The notes beneath the pieces were generated by a model, which saw only the letters and a list, made by a program, of their open reading frames with translations, was not told where the DNA came from and did no database searches. From positions 185,070,001-185,134,000 of the forward strand of contig OZ024743.1 of assembly GCA_964016885.1 (NCBI GenBank): DNA of 64,000 nucleotides, read 5' to 3'. The stretch is from Eledone cirrhosa. Lineage: Eukaryota. This document shows, piece after piece, positions 61,006 through 64,000 of the stretch. How positions within the stretch are numbered: position 1 is the first letter of the stretch; every line of letters begins with the position of its first letter. A program made the position numbers and the translations under genes.

Positions 61006-62062
61006 ATGGCTGTAAACTCTGCTAAGAGTATTACAATCGCTTGTCAGATTATAAAGTTTGGTGCACCGTTAGGCTACGGCCAGCCACACGAACCTGTAAC
61101 ATATCCTGAACAATCAATGTCTGTGCTTTGAATGTTTTTTTAAGTGGGGAAAGGCCTTGCACTCGACCAATCCAACTCTCTGAGCATCGAAAACACTACT
61201 CGAAAAGGAAAACTGGTCAACCGGATGCTTCCGAAGCTGCAGGCATTTTTTTTTTCAGAGTTTCCCTCTCTTAGAAAGGTGTTGTGACAACAACTGGGGG
61301 CCTTTCACTCCCAGGTGTGTGTGGGGGGGGGGGTACTATTTGGATGGCCGTTGACTCTGCTGAGTTCCTCCACCCTTTGCATACATGCATACATACAAAC
61401 AAACAAACAAACAAATTTGTTATTCACTTAAGAATATTTTTGGAGTTCCATTATTGTCGGACAGAGATCACACGCAATAAATTATATCAATAGGAAAAAG
61501 AAACATACCATGTAAGTTTCTTGAGTTCCTTTTATAATCTAAAAAGCGTATATTTCTGTTCATTTCAAAAAATTATCTGATGTATCATATGATGTTTAAC
61601 TGAAATTTTTCGTTTTATGCTACTTTATTCTTTCTGTCAGAAAACAAACTTGGCTGCTGTGAAATTTACTTTTCTAATAAAACGAATTTCACTCATCTAA
61701 ACTTAATCACGAATATCAACGCAATTTTACTCAGTTTTGCGTTTCGTTTCTTTATTTTTTATTTTTTTTTTTTTATATTATTATTTTTTTTTTTTTTGGT
61801 GGGCTTAAATGAGAAAATATAATTTAGTTATATCTGTTAATAAAGTATATTTTTTCTCTCATTACATGATTTCGTCTACAAAATATTGTTTGGAATTAAT
61901 TGGTATTTAAAATTTACCAAGGGACGCCGAATAAACGTCAAAGACAGCAATAAAAGGAAAATGTTTGAGATATGCCAAACGAGCGTTTGGTGACATCAGT
62001 ACGTTGTTAACTTGCACTTAAATTTCTTCTGCCACTGATTTCGTTTTAGTCAAAAGAATACA

Positions 62063-62500
<438 letters not shown>

Positions 62501-62769
62501 AAAACGAATACACACACACACACTTATTACGTAGCACAGAGTGGCTGAATAAATCCAAATACCGGGACTTGACCGAACTGTCGTTTGGAGAAGTGCATGC
62601 CACCTGAGGAAAGAGCCCCATGATGTGGAGTGGCTGATGCAGCAATTATCGTTGGTTGTTCCCAACACGGCAATGCTTTAACCTCCTTATCTGCCGGCTG
62701 CAGCTGAGATATACCGCTTAGACTGGGGTATAGAGACTGCCGCTCCCTGTCCTTTCTCCTTACTATAGA

Positions 62770-63465
62770 AATGATGGGGGAAAAGAGAAGAAAAAAGAAG
62801 CCATGGGTCACTGATGACATCTTGGACCTATGTGATTTAAGATGTAACTGGAGGAAGACCAAGCTAACAGATGAGGAAGCAAGGCAACAATACAACGCTC
62901 TGAATAGGAAGATCAGGAAGAAAATGAGGGAAGCCCAACAGAAGTGGATCAGACACCAGTGCAAAAACATCGAAGTTGGAATAAAAAAGGGCAACAGCAA
63001 TGCTGCTTATGAAACCCTCAAAATGCTAATAAAAAGAAATCAACACACCACCACTGTCATTGAAGACAAAACTGGCTTGCTCCTCACAGACAAGGCCGGT
63101 GTCACCAAAAGATGGAGCATACAGAATGGAGATCAGCTCAGAAAAGAACAAGATTCTGGTTAATAGTAATAATCAGAATATAGCAACCAGCATCATGCTG
63201 AACGGAGAAAATTTTGAAGAAGCGGACACTTTAAAGAACCTAGGATCTACTCTGACCAAAGACGACATATCTCAAAAGGAGACACTGACAAGGCTCAACT
63301 TGGTCACTTCTGCCATGGTAAAGATGAATACCATATGGAACCAAAGCTCAAACCGCACAAGTCCTTGGTTACTTCGATCCTTTTGTATGGGTGTGAGAGT
63401 TGGACTCTCACAGCTGTCCTGGAATGAAGAATCCAATCATTCGAGTATAAGTGCCCCCGAAGGCT
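62770..63465 (+). mobile_element. Degenerate RTE-like LINE fragment with an internal deletion
   Basis: KKPWVTDDILDLCDLR linker fused to MEISSEKNKILV...LGS...LLYGCESW. Confidence 0.65.
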
Positions 63466-63469
63466 GCTA

Positions 63470-63680
63470 CACTTCTTCTTCGCCCACTTATTCCTGAGAG
63501 GGTCGTGGGGACAGAGTCCTCAAACACTCTCTCCAATGGGTCTTGTCAGAAGCAATCGTTTCCAACTGATCCGGCTCGATCCCCAAGCGAAACCAGCCAA
63601 GCTCATGGATGTTATCCTATCATCTTGCTTGGGGTCTACCCCTGGGTCTCCTATCGGTTGGCTCTGCCCGCAAAACCTTT
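63470..63680 (-). mobile_element. RTE-type LINE 3' end with (GAA)n tail
   Basis: Same 3' end as 14940-15345. Confidence 0.7.
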
Positions 63681-64000
63681 ATGAATAATTTTGTCAAGTT
63701 ATAGTTCCAGCTTTCCGAGTACCATAGCAATAGCTATGTATATACATATATTTATTTGTGTGGTTAGAAAAAGCTACTTCACTTACCGCTTATTGCTGGC
63801 ACCTCTAATCCAATGGCTGGTTTCTCCTCTCCCACGTGCGTACAATCCAACTCGTTAACCGGCAGCTCCCAAACTGACGTCCACTACCTTTGCTGACCAC
63901 CCTAGAGAGAGGCAGATCTGCTGGCCCTTCCGGTCGAGCACCCTTCCGGTCAAGCACTCTTCCGGTCGAGCACTCCCCAGCCTCCAGCCACCGCACACCA

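Overview
This is a repeat-dominated, AT-rich animal genomic window. Ceph/CORE/Meta-type SINEs, abundant RTE LINEs and large (TA)n tracts suggest a coleoid cephalopod such as an octopus; that assignment is an inference. Two host genes are supported, both on the minus strand. The first is exons 1-2 of a PDIA6/P5-type protein disulfide isomerase, missed by the ORF track, with a perfect ERSE and a UPRE in its promoter. The second is a single-coding-exon orphan rhodopsin-class GPCR in which every canonical microswitch is replaced. The rest is transposon-derived: a CsRn1-type Gypsy element and its solo LTR, two non-autonomous LTR elements with tRNA-Trp primer sites, solo LTRs, Tx1, CRE, RTE, CR1/Jockey-like and Penelope-like (PLE) retroelements, hAT MITEs and SINEs. 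The most striking structure is a set of 14 complete type-I hammerhead ribozyme motifs from 5 sequence families, found by eye. Most sit in short non-coding fold-back elements inside (TA)n at 33.9-52.4 kb. One ~360-bp element joins two different families and carries a hammerhead on each strand. One family is linked to a GIY-YIG PLE ORF at 15.4-16.65 kb. All calls are from reading the sequence; no searches or folding programs were run.
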